This document shows, one piece after another, positions 32,755-43,028 of a DNA stretch of 64,000 nucleotides. The translations under genes were made by a program, and so were the position numbers. Source of the stretch: an uncultured delta proteobacterium (GTDB lineage Bacteria > Myxococcota_A > Polyangia > Haliangiales > Haliangiaceae). Each line of letters starts with the position of its first letter. Position 1 is the first letter of the stretch. The stretch spans positions 3,904,001 through 3,968,000 of the forward strand of contig CAWKDB010000010.1 of NCBI GenBank assembly GCA_963848295.1, read 5' to 3'. Under the pieces are notes generated by a model that did not search any database, had not been told where the DNA came from, and worked only from the letters and a program-made list of their open reading frames with translations.

Positions 32755-33429
32755 TCACATTCCGTCGATGGCGCGGATGTGAAATCCGAGCGTCACGATG
32801 ATCTGATGATCGCGCGAGTCGAGGAGGCTCTGCCCGAAGGTCAACGCGGCCGAGACCCCACCGGCGACGAACAGCTCGCCGCGGAACCGCGCTTCGAGCT
32901 CGCCGTGGTTCTGGCCGGCGGATAGCTGACTGCACGCGGCCGACGCGCACGCGTAGAACGCTTCGCTTCGAAACCCCGTCGCGAGCTCGGTCGCGAACGA
33001 CAACCGATCGACCTCGGCGTGAAGCCCCGCGAACGCGTGCAGGGCGCCGGCGTCGCCACCTCCGGACGGTGGTAGACCGCGCAAGCCCGACTCGATCTCA
33101 GCGTCGCCGATCTCGAGCTCGCCGCCGACGTAGAACAGCCGGCTCAGCCCGCCCGCGATGCGGAGCAAGGCACCGCGCGTGTTCGTGCGCAGCGAGCTCG
33201 GCTCTTGGTCGATCTGCTCGGTGTGGCCGAGGGCGAACCGATGGCTCGCGTAGTGATGGTCGAACATCCCGAGCTCGATCCACAGCCGCGGGATGTCGCT
33301 GTCGCGCGACCACTCGCCGAACCCCGAGCAATGCTCGAACCCGACCACGTAGCTCGTCTCGTGACAGCCCTTCGCATCGGCGCGCCCGGCGCTGGCCGAT
33401 ACGATCGCGATCGCGATCGCGACTCTCAT
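32755..33429 (-). CDS. Hypothetical secreted/outer-membrane beta-rich protein
   Basis: Signal peptide MRVAIAIAIV; ATGA overlap with upstream gene. Confidence 0.6.
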   Translation of the reverse strand: MRVAIAIAIVSASAGRADAKGCHETSYVVGFEHCSGFGEWSRDSDIPRLWIELGMFDHHYASHRFALGHTEQIDQEPSSLRTNTRGALLRIAGGLSRLFYVGGELEIGDAEIESGLRGLPPSGGGDAGALHAFAGLHAEVDRLSFATELATGFRSEAFYACASAACSQLSAGQNHGELEARFRGELFVAGGVSAALTFGQSLLDSRDHQIIVTLGFHIRAIDGM

Positions 33430-34526
33430 GGCGTCGCTCCGATCCACGGCTCGCGCAAGAAGTCGTCGAGGCCGAGCGGCGGTGCGGTCAGCGCCCACTG
33501 CGGATCGTCGGGCGTGTGATCCCGCGCGAACTGACCCGGCGGCATGAACAAGTATTCGGTCGACACCGTGCCGTGGTCCGCGTGATCCCACGTCGCGTCG
33601 ATCAGGGCCCACTCGCCGTCGAAGTTGACCGCGTTCCAGGCGTGGCCGTGTCCGCCCTCGGTGTGCGGCTCGTTGTCGTCGCCGCCGGACGCTTGGCCGC
33701 CGACGTAACGAATGTCGACCCCGGCCGCGTCCCCGAGCGCCACGAGTAACCGCGCGTAGCCCTCACACACGCCGGTGCGGTGCGCGAACACGGTCTCGGC
33801 GTCCTGCGAGAGCGCATCCGGCAGGCCGGCGTCGCGGTTCTTGCGAGTGTCGTCGTCGTAGTGCAGCCGCAACACCACGTAGTCGTGCAGCGCTTTGACC
33901 AAGCGATGCTTGTCGCTGATCCGCGCCGCGAGGTAGCGACCGACGGTCTCGATCCGATCCTGCGCTTCTGCCGGCATCGCGACGACTTCGGGCTCGGGAG
34001 TCGTCGATGCCGGCCATGGGATGGTGGCGGGGCGCGGTCCGGTCGGGATCCCGCGCGACGCCTGCAGCTCGGCGCCGAGCCCGAGGTCCCACGCGCCGAA
34101 GCACAGCCAATGCGCCGTGACGTGCGCGGCGGGCTCGACCGCGCCGACGTCGACGCAGATCGCGGTCGGCGTCGCGCCGTCGTCCGACTCGTATGCGATC
34201 TGCTCGGTCGCGCTGCTCCACAGCTCGACGCGCAGCGGCCGGAGCTCGTGCTGCGGATCGATTGCATGCATCGGATGGATGCCGTCGCTGTAGCGCCCCA
34301 CCGCGTGGATCGCCGACAGATCGATCGGCGCGAGATGCGCACAGCGATTGCCGAACGTGTACGCGAGCACCGTGCCGCGCGCGCCGGCGTCGACGGTCTG
34401 GGCGACCGCGAGATCGATGCAATCGCCAAACGTGACGCGTTGCCCGATGAATGGATCCCGGACCCGGTAGCGGCCGGAGTAGCAGCCGGCGATCACGATC
34501 AGCGCGACGATGGACCGAAGGCGCAT
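33426..34526 (-). CDS. Transglutaminase-like domain lipoprotein
   Basis: IAGC lipobox; GVCEGYA, HAWNAV, IDATWD catalytic triad motifs. Confidence 0.88.
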   Translation of the reverse strand: MRLRSIVALIVIAGCYSGRYRVRDPFIGQRVTFGDCIDLAVAQTVDAGARGTVLAYTFGNRCAHLAPIDLSAIHAVGRYSDGIHPMHAIDPQHELRPLRVELWSSATEQIAYESDDGATPTAICVDVGAVEPAAHVTAHWLCFGAWDLGLGAELQASRGIPTGPRPATIPWPASTTPEPEVVAMPAEAQDRIETVGRYLAARISDKHRLVKALHDYVVLRLHYDDDTRKNRDAGLPDALSQDAETVFAHRTGVCEGYARLLVALGDAAGVDIRYVGGQASGGDDNEPHTEGGHGHAWNAVNFDGEWALIDATWDHADHGTVSTEYLFMPPGQFARDHTPDDPQWALTAPPLGLDDFLREPWIGATP

Positions 34527-34679
34527 GCCTGATCGAGCCACGCCGAGTGGCTACAGTCGCAGCCGTTAACGAAGCCTTAGGATTAAGACGGCGTAGTCCC
34601 GATCCCTGTTGACATTGAGGTGGCGGTCCAACCGACCCCGAGAGAATTCTCGGGGCTCAAAAACCGGAAGGAACCGCCG

Positions 34680-35987
34680 ATGAAGAAGATTGCCAGGAAC
34701 AGACGCCCCGCGGAAGCCACTCGCCCTCAGCTCCGGACCGTTCTCGGAGAAGTCGCTCGCGACGCGGAGCTCGCCCTCGGGCTCAGGAACCTCGTGCGCG
34801 AGAACCTGCGAGAGTTCGTGATCGGCGCTGGGACCGCCGCGCTGGCCGCAATGCTCGAAGAGGAGCGCACTCAGATCGTCGGGCCGCGGTACGCGCATCT
34901 GCCGACGCGTGAAGCTCGACGATCGGGATCGGCTCCGGGTGAGCTGGTGATGGGAGGTCGACGCGTGCAGGTCCGACGACCGCGTGCACGTACGCTCGAC
35001 GGTCAGGAGGTGCAATTGCCCTCGTGGACGGCGTTCGGCGTCGAGGATCCGCTGCGCGAGCGGGCTGTCGAGCAGATGCTCGTCGGCGTCACGACACGTC
35101 GCTACGCTCGATCGCTGGAGCCGCTGCCGGCGGACCTGCCGTCGCGTGGCACGAGCCGTAGTGCGGTGAGCCGTCGCTTCGTCGCTGCCACCGAGCGGCA
35201 GATGGCCGAGTGGCTCGGTCGCGATCTCGGCGCGCTCGATCTCGGCGTGCTCATGATCGACGGCGTGCACATCGACGAGCACGTGCTGCTCGTCGCGCTC
35301 GGCATCGACGCCGACGGCAAGAAGCACGTGCTCGGTGTTCGCGAGGGCGCAACCGAGAACGCTGCCGCGTGCACGGCGCTGCTCGCCGATCTGCGCGATC
35401 GTGGTCTCCGCACCGACCGTCCGACCCTCGTCGTGATCGACGGGTCGAAGGCACTCGCGAAGGCGGTGCGCAACGTATTCGGTGACCGCGCGATCGTCCA
35501 GCGCTGCCAGGCGCACAAGACTCGCAACGTTCTCGACCAGCTTCCCGACGAGATAAAGCCGTCGGTGCGGCAGGCTTTGCGCGACGCGTACGCCGCGAGC
35601 GACGCCGATCGTGCACGTTCGACGCTGACGAACCTCGTGCGTCGTCTCCGGAACGATCATCCTGGTGCGGCGGCGTCCCTCGAAGAAGGGCTCGACGAGA
35701 CGCTCGCCGTGAAGCGCCTCGGCCTCCCGAAACAGCTCGAACGGCAGCTCTCAACGACGAACGCGATCGAGAACCTCATGGGCTCGGTCCGTCAGCTCTC
35801 ACGCCGCGTGAAGCGCTGGCGTGGCGGCAAGATGATCTTGCGGTGGACGGTGACAGCTGTCGCCGATGCCGCAACGCGCTTCCGCAGGATCACAGGTGCG
35901 CGCGATGGCATGACCCAGCTGATGCGCGCGCTCGCGCATCACGAGAACTCCATCGCACCCGTTGCATCGCGAACGAAGGCCGCGTAG
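34680..35987 (+). CDS. IS256 family DDE transposase
   Basis: LMIDG, VVIDGSKAL, QRCQAHK (CxxH), TTNAIEN; GGAAGG RBS before ATG. Confidence 0.93.
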   Translation: MKKIARNRRPAEATRPQLRTVLGEVARDAELALGLRNLVRENLREFVIGAGTAALAAMLEEERTQIVGPRYAHLPTREARRSGSAPGELVMGGRRVQVRRPRARTLDGQEVQLPSWTAFGVEDPLRERAVEQMLVGVTTRRYARSLEPLPADLPSRGTSRSAVSRRFVAATERQMAEWLGRDLGALDLGVLMIDGVHIDEHVLLVALGIDADGKKHVLGVREGATENAAACTALLADLRDRGLRTDRPTLVVIDGSKALAKAVRNVFGDRAIVQRCQAHKTRNVLDQLPDEIKPSVRQALRDAYAASDADRARSTLTNLVRRLRNDHPGAAASLEEGLDETLAVKRLGLPKQLERQLSTTNAIENLMGSVRQLSRRVKRWRGGKMILRWTVTAVADAATRFRRITGARDGMTQLMRALAHHENSIAPVASRTKAA

Positions 35988-36031
35988 CGATGCGATGACG
36001 ACCGCGTCGGAGCCGTGCTACTTCACATGGC

Positions 36032-37732
36032 GTGAGTATCTTCGACCGGTTTCGTAAGACAAAGCAGACCGCTGCGCCACTGCCGGTCACGACCGCGCCC
36101 GAAGTGCCGGTTCGCGCGACGATCGCGACATTCTTGGTCGCCGATGCGGTCGGGACGCTCGCGCTTGAGAGCGGCGAGGGACTTCGGTTCGGTCGATCGG
36201 CGTGTAAAGGCTTCGAACCCGTCGTCGGTGCGTCGGTGATCGTCGAGGAGATCGCTTCCGACCCGCGCGGCTGGAAGGCTCGGGTCGTGAAGCTCGCTCC
36301 AGCCGACGCGAACTACGATGCGTTGCTGTCAGCGCGCGACGCGCAGCAAGGGCTTCCTAGCCGCACCCAGCCGCCCGCGCAGGCTGCTGCGACGGCGCGC
36401 CAACTTGGGATCATCACCGTGTTGCTGGGCGAGCCGTTGCCGACGGGCCACCAGGCTGTGCGTACATGGGCTGCGGCGCGCGGGTTCCCGCGCGATGGCT
36501 TCGACGTGAAAGTCGAGCGCGACCTGGAGTTCGCGATGCCGGGAGGCAACGTGTTGACATACGCGGGGCGCGCGACGTTCCCGAAAGATGGGCTCGATGC
36601 GCGCAACGTGGCCGAGGATTTCGACCTCGGTCGCTCGTTTATCGGCCTCGGCATGGGCCTGCCCGGCGGCGAGCGTCAGGCTCGAGCGATCCTCGCCAAC
36701 ACGCGCGACTGCTGGGCGCCCGACGGCTCGATGCGCCAGCTCAGCCGACTCGTTTGCATGCTCGCGGACTCGGCGACGGGCGTCGTGCTGCATCGTGCAG
36801 GTGATCTCGTCGTACCGATCGACGAGTTCGTGCGCGCACTCGGCGAACTCGACGATCCTGAGTGTCGGCCGTTCGCGGCCTGGCTCGATGTCGCGATCAC
36901 GCGACGCGACGGCGAGGCGAGGTACGCGACGTTCGGCATGGACGTATTCGGCCTGCCCGACGTGCTTGCGGCGGTGAATGCCGATGATCGCTGGAGTCGG
37001 TCGCGCCGCCACGAGGCCGTGCTCTACGCGTGCTATCGGATGATCCGCGACAATCGCGAATTTCAAGCGGGCGATACGATCTCTGTGCCGGTGCGACTCT
37101 CCATCGGAGCGTGGCCACTTGAGATCGACGACCGTGGTGCGGCGACGACCTACGCAGTCACTGATCTCGACGGCAACCTCGAGCTCGTTGCAAGAGGCGA
37201 ACTCTCCGTCGACGGCGACATCGCGGTGAACCTCTACCAGGCGCTATTCGATCGCGGCCTCGCCGAGCTCGTACCGAGTCACATCGTTCGTGACGTCCCT
37301 GCAAACAGCCGGCAACCGCTGGAGCACAACGTCGAGGTGCGCGCACGCGAAGACGGTCGCGGGTTCCTTGTCGTCACGAACGGGTTTGGCCGCAAGGCGC
37401 GGTTTGAAGTCGCTGCGTGGGTCCCCCTCGAGACGCTTGAGCTCGTGAAGCTCGTCGGCGTGCTGGCCTCGTTCGCGCTCGAAGCGCCAACCGGTTGGAA
37501 GGTCGGCGATACGGTCGCTGCACCGATCGAGGAACTGAGGATCGGTGGCTTCGTGATCGCCGACGGCGGCACAGTCGCAATGGGCACCGCGCAAAGCGTT
37601 CGCATCTTGCTGCTTGTTCCACTCGCCGAGACCGACTACGCGCGCGTGCGCGGCGGTGGTGCCGAGGCGTGGCTCGCACGCAATCCGCCGACTGAGGCCG
37701 CGTGGGATACGTTCATCGCAGCGCCCGACTGA
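36032..37732 (+). CDS. Passenger protein: OB/cold-shock-like plus DUF4261-like plus SUFU-like domains
   Basis: TFGMDVFGLPDV..AGDTI (DUF4261-like); LVVTNG..FE..GDTV..LLLVPLAETDY (SUFU-like); domains assigned by eye. Confidence 0.65.
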   Translation: MSIFDRFRKTKQTAAPLPVTTAPEVPVRATIATFLVADAVGTLALESGEGLRFGRSACKGFEPVVGASVIVEEIASDPRGWKARVVKLAPADANYDALLSARDAQQGLPSRTQPPAQAAATARQLGIITVLLGEPLPTGHQAVRTWAAARGFPRDGFDVKVERDLEFAMPGGNVLTYAGRATFPKDGLDARNVAEDFDLGRSFIGLGMGLPGGERQARAILANTRDCWAPDGSMRQLSRLVCMLADSATGVVLHRAGDLVVPIDEFVRALGELDDPECRPFAAWLDVAITRRDGEARYATFGMDVFGLPDVLAAVNADDRWSRSRRHEAVLYACYRMIRDNREFQAGDTISVPVRLSIGAWPLEIDDRGAATTYAVTDLDGNLELVARGELSVDGDIAVNLYQALFDRGLAELVPSHIVRDVPANSRQPLEHNVEVRAREDGRGFLVVTNGFGRKARFEVAAWVPLETLELVKLVGVLASFALEAPTGWKVGDTVAAPIEELRIGGFVIADGGTVAMGTAQSVRILLLVPLAETDYARVRGGGAEAWLARNPPTEAAWDTFIAAPD

Positions 37733-37870
37733 CCGCGCTCATTCACGAAACACGAACGCACCCGTTGCAACGTGAACGAAGGCCCCGTAGTGATCACCAC
37801 CGCAACCGTCACCAAGATTCAACAACAGACGGGACATCGCCGATTAAGACCTCGTGCTAAGTCAGTGGAG

Positions 37871-39037
37871 ATGTCGGACCCGGTCGCAGAGAGCTTGCTC
37901 GACTACCGCAAACAGTTCCCGGCGCTCGAGCAGTGCGTGCACCTGATCTCTCACTCGCTCGGCTGCGTCCCGGCGCAAGCGGCGGAGGATCTCGGCACGT
38001 TCTTCGAGCTGTGGCGCACGAAGTCGATCACCGCGTGGGGCGACTGGTTGCCCGAGGTCGATCGCGCTGCCGAGCGGATCCAGAAGATCATCTCGGCGCC
38101 GGCCGGCACCGTGATCATGAATCACAACGTGTCGGCGATCATGGCGCTGCTCGCGTCGTGCCTCGAGTACACACCCGAGCGCAACAAGGTCGTCTACGAG
38201 GCACTTCAGTTCCCGACCGTGTCGTACGTGTGGCAGGCGGAGCAACGGCGCGGTGCGAAGTGCGTGCTCGTCGAATCGAAGGACGGCATCACGATCGACG
38301 CCGACGCGATGTGTGCCGCGATCGACGAGCACACGTTGGTCGTGCCGATGTCGCACGTCGTATTCTCGTCGAGCTACATCCAGGAGGCGAAGAAGATCAT
38401 CGAGCGCGCGAAGCAAGTCGGCGCGCACGTGATCCTCGATTGCTATCAATCGATCGGCGTGCTCCCGCTCGATGTGGTCGACCTCGGCGTGTCGTTCGCG
38501 TGCGGAGGCTCGGTCAAGTACCTGTGCGGCGGCCCGGGCGCGGCGTGGCTCTACGTCCGCAAGGATCTGATCGAGTCGTTCGCGCCGCGCGTCACCGGGT
38601 GGTTCGGCAACGAAGCCCCGTTCGCGTTCACGATGCCCGGGCAGAGCTACGCCGACAACATCTGGCGCTACATGGCGGGCACGCCCGCGATCGCGGCGCT
38701 CTATCAGAGCCGCGCCGGCCAGCAGATCATCGGCGAGATCGGCGCGCGCAAGATCCGCGACAAGAGCCTCGTGATGACCCAAGCCTGCATCGATTGGATC
38801 GACGAGCTCGGGATGACCTTGCGTTCGCCGCGGCCAGAAGCCCAGCGCGGCGGCTCGGTCGTGTTTGACTTCGTCGGATCTGCGGACGTGTGCCGCGAGC
38901 TCAATCGGCGCAAGTACTTCTGCGACCATCGGCCTGGCGCGGGCATCCGGATCGCGCCGCACTTCTACACCAAGCGCGAAGAGCTCGAGCTGTTCTTCGG
39001 CGAGCTCAAGAAGATCCGCGGCGGAACTGGCCGCTAG
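37871..39037 (+). CDS. kynU: Kynureninase (class V PLP enzyme)
   Basis: HSLG, QFPT, DCYQSIG, GGSVKYLCGGPG, TGWFG, GTP. Confidence 0.85.
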   Translation: MSDPVAESLLDYRKQFPALEQCVHLISHSLGCVPAQAAEDLGTFFELWRTKSITAWGDWLPEVDRAAERIQKIISAPAGTVIMNHNVSAIMALLASCLEYTPERNKVVYEALQFPTVSYVWQAEQRRGAKCVLVESKDGITIDADAMCAAIDEHTLVVPMSHVVFSSSYIQEAKKIIERAKQVGAHVILDCYQSIGVLPLDVVDLGVSFACGGSVKYLCGGPGAAWLYVRKDLIESFAPRVTGWFGNEAPFAFTMPGQSYADNIWRYMAGTPAIAALYQSRAGQQIIGEIGARKIRDKSLVMTQACIDWIDELGMTLRSPRPEAQRGGSVVFDFVGSADVCRELNRRKYFCDHRPGAGIRIAPHFYTKREELELFFGELKKIRGGTGR

Positions 39038-41601
39038 CGGCGACGGCGGCGACGCGCACCCGCGCCGATCGCGATCACGACGATCGCGGCCCAGCCGGTC
39101 GATGGCCCGCTCTCGCACCCGCCGCACGAGCTACCGCCACCGCTGCCGCTGCCGGCATCGCCGAGCGGCGTCACAGGCTCGGTCTGGCCGACGAGCATCA
39201 CGGTGAGCGCGGTAGCGAGTGACGGCGACGAGATCGTGAGCGTGCCGTGATAGCTGAGCGGCGGGTCGGTGTCCGGGCCGGGCCTCGTCGGGTGAAAGCC
39301 GACGCTGAACGTCACCGAGCCCTGCGGCGGCAGCGACGTTGGAAAGTTGGGACTCTCGATCGAGAACGGTTCCTGGATCACCGGTGGCTCGAGCTCGAGC
39401 GTATTCGTGACGTCACAGTTCTGCAGCGTCACGCTCTGGGCGTTCGCTTCGACGACGTGGATCGGCGCCTTGTTGAAGTCGAGCACGCCGGGCGCGATCG
39501 CGCCGCCGGTCGCGGTGAACGTCGCGGTGACCGGTGTCGTCGCGGTCGCGCCGCTGCCGGTGTCATCGGTCGACCAGACGAGCGTGTCGGCGACGCTGCC
39601 AGACGTCAGCTGGCGCAACGGCAACAGCTCGACGCTAGCGGTTTGCTGAGGCCCGATCAGGCTCGGATAGGTCGAGGGTGCGGTGTATTCGAGGACGAAC
39701 GGCGAGGCGTCTCCGAGTTGCAGCGTCGGCGCCATCAGCTCGAGCGTCGCCGGCCCGTTGGTCAGCGCGGCGCGCTTTGCGGTCGTCGGTTGGCCGACGC
39801 AGAACGTCCCGACGTCGATCGGCTGCACCGCGTAGCTCGGCGTCGCGCTGTGCCCGCTGATCGGGATCGAGAGCGTGTTGCCATCGGTGTCGGTCACGGT
39901 CACGTGGTTGCCGAGATCGTGATCTTGCTGCGCATCGTCGATCGGGGTGACGGTGACGGTGAACGTCGCCGGGGTCATCGCCGAGTCGTAGCTCGATAGC
40001 GAGAGGGTCGCGTCGTTGCCGACGAGCGCCGGGTCGCCTTGCAGCCCGACGTGAGCGCCGCCGATCTCCTGGACCACGATGGGCACGGTCACCGCGCCGC
40101 CATCGCTGCGGACCTCGCCGAGCATGATCGCGGTCGGATCGGCGACGAGCCCGGACGATGTTCCGGTACACGACGCGTCGAGCTGGATCGGCGGGCTCGC
40201 GAACGTGTCCGAGCCGGCGCCGGTGATCGTCGCGGTGGTCGTTCCGGGCGCGGTCGGCGCGCACGACGCCGAGAACTTGGTCGGCGTGACGCCGGGCGCG
40301 ACGGGGCCCATCGATGGCGTGACGTCGAACGGGCCGGTCGTCGGCACGAGCGTGAACGTCGCGGTCGTCGGCCGGGTGCCCGGTGTGTTGATCGCGTCGA
40401 GCGCGATCGTCGATGTGCCGGTCGTCGCGACGGTGCCGAAGTCCAACGCGGTCGAACCGCCGAGCAGCGAGAGCGAAGCGCCGCCGCCGGTGCCGTCGAG
40501 CGGGATCGTCAGCGTTCGTTCCGCGGTGTCGTGATAGCTCACGAGCAACGACGCGCGACGCACCGCGATCTGCGACGGATCGAACGTCACGGCGAGGTCG
40601 ACTTCGTCGCCTTGCACGAGGGTACAGGTCGACATCGCCGAGATCGTGCCGCTGCACTTTCCACTCGCGATGTAGGACCAGTCGGCGCCGGCGCCCTCAT
40701 CGACGTCGATCGGCGGCTCGACGTCATCGATCACGAGCGAGCCCCCGCCGGTGTTCGAGACCCGGATCGTCGAGCTCGCGGTGCCCGAGATGACCTCGAC
40801 CGGCGTGGCGACCTCGATCGCGAGCGGTGAAGCGTCGAGCACGGGCGACGACGTCGCGACTCCGGTGCACGTCAACTGGACCGGCGCCGCCAACATCTGG
40901 CCGGTGTCGGTCGCGATGTAGAGGTTCGCGCTCAGCGGCCCGCTGTGCTTGGGCGCGCACGACACGACGATCGGCGTCGAGCTCCCGGTCGGCAGCGGGG
41001 CGATCGGCGCTTCACAAGACGGCTCGTCGATCGGACACGGCAGTTGGACCAGGAAGTCACCGTCGAGATCGTCGAGCTGGAGCGACAGCCGGTCGATCGT
41101 CGTAGCTCCGGTGTTGGTCACCATCAGCGTGGTCGTGCTCGGGATGCCCATCACGACCGTGGAGAAGTCGAAGGTCGCGGGGCTCGCGGTCAACGTCGCG
41201 GCCGTCGCGTAACCACATACGCCCATGAAATCGACGACCGGCAGCCCCGCGTTGTCGCTGCCGTGGAACAGGCACCGCTCCATCCCCGACGGCTCGCCCG
41301 CCAGGCACGAGATCGTGACGTTCTTCGTCGCGCCGGCCGTGAGCGTGATCGGCGTGCCGCCGGCGACGGTCTCGGTGACCGCGGTCTGACACGACGGGTC
41401 GCGGGTGATCGTCTGGATCGTGAAGTCGGTGGTCGCGCTCGTGTTCTTGAGCTGCTGGGTGCCGTTCGCGCCGAACACGACGAGCGCCTCGGGCACGGCC
41501 ACGACGCTCGAGCTCCCGCCGCCTGCGGCGAAAGCGGCTGTGGCTCCCGCGATCGCGACGCACGCGAGCGACATCAGCCGAGAGCGTGCACGTCGCGTCA
41601 T
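39034..41601 (-). CDS. Large surface protein with repeated Ig-like (ASH/choice-of-anchor D type) domains and MYXO-CTERM-like tail
   Basis: Repeated LDFG.V/V.NTG/F.P motifs; SCGGC-hydrophobic-RRRRRR C-terminus. Confidence 0.8.
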   Translation of the reverse strand: MTRRARSRLMSLACVAIAGATAAFAAGGGSSSVVAVPEALVVFGANGTQQLKNTSATTDFTIQTITRDPSCQTAVTETVAGGTPITLTAGATKNVTISCLAGEPSGMERCLFHGSDNAGLPVVDFMGVCGYATAATLTASPATFDFSTVVMGIPSTTTLMVTNTGATTIDRLSLQLDDLDGDFLVQLPCPIDEPSCEAPIAPLPTGSSTPIVVSCAPKHSGPLSANLYIATDTGQMLAAPVQLTCTGVATSSPVLDASPLAIEVATPVEVISGTASSTIRVSNTGGGSLVIDDVEPPIDVDEGAGADWSYIASGKCSGTISAMSTCTLVQGDEVDLAVTFDPSQIAVRRASLLVSYHDTAERTLTIPLDGTGGGASLSLLGGSTALDFGTVATTGTSTIALDAINTPGTRPTTATFTLVPTTGPFDVTPSMGPVAPGVTPTKFSASCAPTAPGTTTATITGAGSDTFASPPIQLDASCTGTSSGLVADPTAIMLGEVRSDGGAVTVPIVVQEIGGAHVGLQGDPALVGNDATLSLSSYDSAMTPATFTVTVTPIDDAQQDHDLGNHVTVTDTDGNTLSIPISGHSATPSYAVQPIDVGTFCVGQPTTAKRAALTNGPATLELMAPTLQLGDASPFVLEYTAPSTYPSLIGPQQTASVELLPLRQLTSGSVADTLVWSTDDTGSGATATTPVTATFTATGGAIAPGVLDFNKAPIHVVEANAQSVTLQNCDVTNTLELEPPVIQEPFSIESPNFPTSLPPQGSVTFSVGFHPTRPGPDTDPPLSYHGTLTISSPSLATALTVMLVGQTEPVTPLGDAGSGSGGGSSCGGCESGPSTGWAAIVVIAIGAGARRRRRR

Positions 41602-41696
41602 CACGGTCGCTCGATCAACCAAGGATGCGCTCGCCGGTCACGGCTTTCAACCGCCTCGACGTGGCCAAGAGTAGGCGTGCTAACCTGCGCCGAGCG

Positions 41697-42065
41697 ATGC
41701 CGGGATTTCAGCGCCACGTGTTCGTCTGCATCAACGAGCGCCCGCCAGACCACCCGAAGGGCTCGTGCAAGGCGCGCTGCGGCGTCGAGGTCCGCGACCG
41801 GCTCAAGGCCGAGCTCGGTGCCCGCGGGATCGCGAAGCTCGTGCGCGCGAACAACGCCGGCTGCCTGGACCAGTGCGAGCACGGTGTCACGATGGTCGTT
41901 TACCCGGAGCAAGTCTGGTACGGGGCGGTCACGGTCGATGACATCCCCGAGATCGTCGACAAGCACGTCATCGGCGGCGAGGCGGTCGAACGTCTGATGA
42001 TCCCGGACCAACCGCACCTCGCGGATCGTCGAACGTTTCCGCCGCTGCGCACGGACAAGCCGTGA
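41697..42065 (+). CDS. Thioredoxin-like [2Fe-2S] ferredoxin
   Basis: HVFVCINER..HPKGSC, AGCLDQC, VVYPEQVWY. Confidence 0.92.
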   Translation: MPGFQRHVFVCINERPPDHPKGSCKARCGVEVRDRLKAELGARGIAKLVRANNAGCLDQCEHGVTMVVYPEQVWYGAVTVDDIPEIVDKHVIGGEAVERLMIPDQPHLADRRTFPPLRTDKP

Positions 42066-42670
42066 AGCTCGCACTCGCCTTGCTCGCAGCGGTCGCGGTC
42101 CCTGCGCGTGCGCACGCGGATGCGCCGTCGGCCAAGCCGGAAGTCGACGACGCCTCGGTCGAAGCGGCGAGCGAGGCGAACCTCGAATCGCAGGCGCCGC
42201 GTCGTGGCACGACGTTCTCGCTCGCGGTCGGCGGTGCGGCGACGTTCGGGCTCGGCATCGACGACTCGACCGGCCGCGGCGGGTCGCTGTCGTTGCGCGT
42301 CGGCCACGTCATGACCCCGCGTGCGCTGCTGACGTTCGAGCTGACCTCGTTCGCGACGCTGCACGAGATTGGGATGGCGCCGACGACGCTGTTGACGAAC
42401 ACCGACGTCAACCTGCTGGTCGGCGTCCAGCAGTACACCTCGCCATCGCTGTGGGTGCGCGCGGCCGGCGGCATCGGTGCATACAAGCTCGAGCGGGGCG
42501 CGATGCCGACGCTGCACTACGCGGGCCCGACGAGCGCGGTCGGCATCGGCGTCGACATCATCCGCCGCCACTATCTCGTCGTCGCGATCGAGGCCGTGAC
42601 GACCGGGATGCTCAACCGCGACGGCGTGCTGATCTCGAGCATGCTCGGCCTCGGCATCTCGTACTACTGA
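42062..42670 (+). CDS. Outer membrane beta-barrel-like protein
   Basis: Signal peptide, amphipathic strands, terminal GLGISYY. Confidence 0.65.
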   Translation: MKLALALLAAVAVPARAHADAPSAKPEVDDASVEAASEANLESQAPRRGTTFSLAVGGAATFGLGIDDSTGRGGSLSLRVGHVMTPRALLTFELTSFATLHEIGMAPTTLLTNTDVNLLVGVQQYTSPSLWVRAAGGIGAYKLERGAMPTLHYAGPTSAVGIGVDIIRRHYLVVAIEAVTTGMLNRDGVLISSMLGLGISYY

Positions 42671-42844
42671 GTTGATCGCGAACGCGCGCGCTGGCTGCGC
42701 TGTCACAGGGTCCTGCGCGCGGCGCGCGACCGGCGGTGCGGGACCATGGGCGGTGCAACACGTCTTGATACGCCGACGCGTGATGGTCGACTTGGAAGTT
42801 ACGCGCTTGGACCTGTGCAGCTCCGCCTGTCGCGGGGTGGACCC

Positions 42845-42869
42845 GACCGGAGGTTCTTTCGTCCGGCCG
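42845..42869. repeat. Hairpin at 3' side of RAYT-like gene, inverted relative to 44011-44033
   Basis: Reverse complement CGGCCGGAC-GAAAGA-ACCTCCGGTC versus CGGCCGGAC-AATT-ACCTCCGGTT. Confidence 0.65.
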
Positions 42870-43028
42870 TCGGCGAACCGGCGAGCGAATCTCGCGGGTC
42901 GCGCGCCCGCGATGACGCTCGGGCCTACCCGGCGCAACCGACGCCGCCACGGTTGGCCATGCAGCGGCGACGCACGACGGTCGGTCGAGCGTTGATAGCG
43001 GCGTCAAACTCGGCGGTGGTGGAGTCGC

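Larger units (their letters stand above)
34590..37841 (+). mobile_element. IS256-family element with passenger gene (3252 bp)
   Basis: Imperfect 23-bp TIRs at 34590-34612 and 37819-37841 (16/23 identical); 9-bp TSD GATTAAGAC at 34581-34589 and 37842-37850. Confidence 0.9.
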
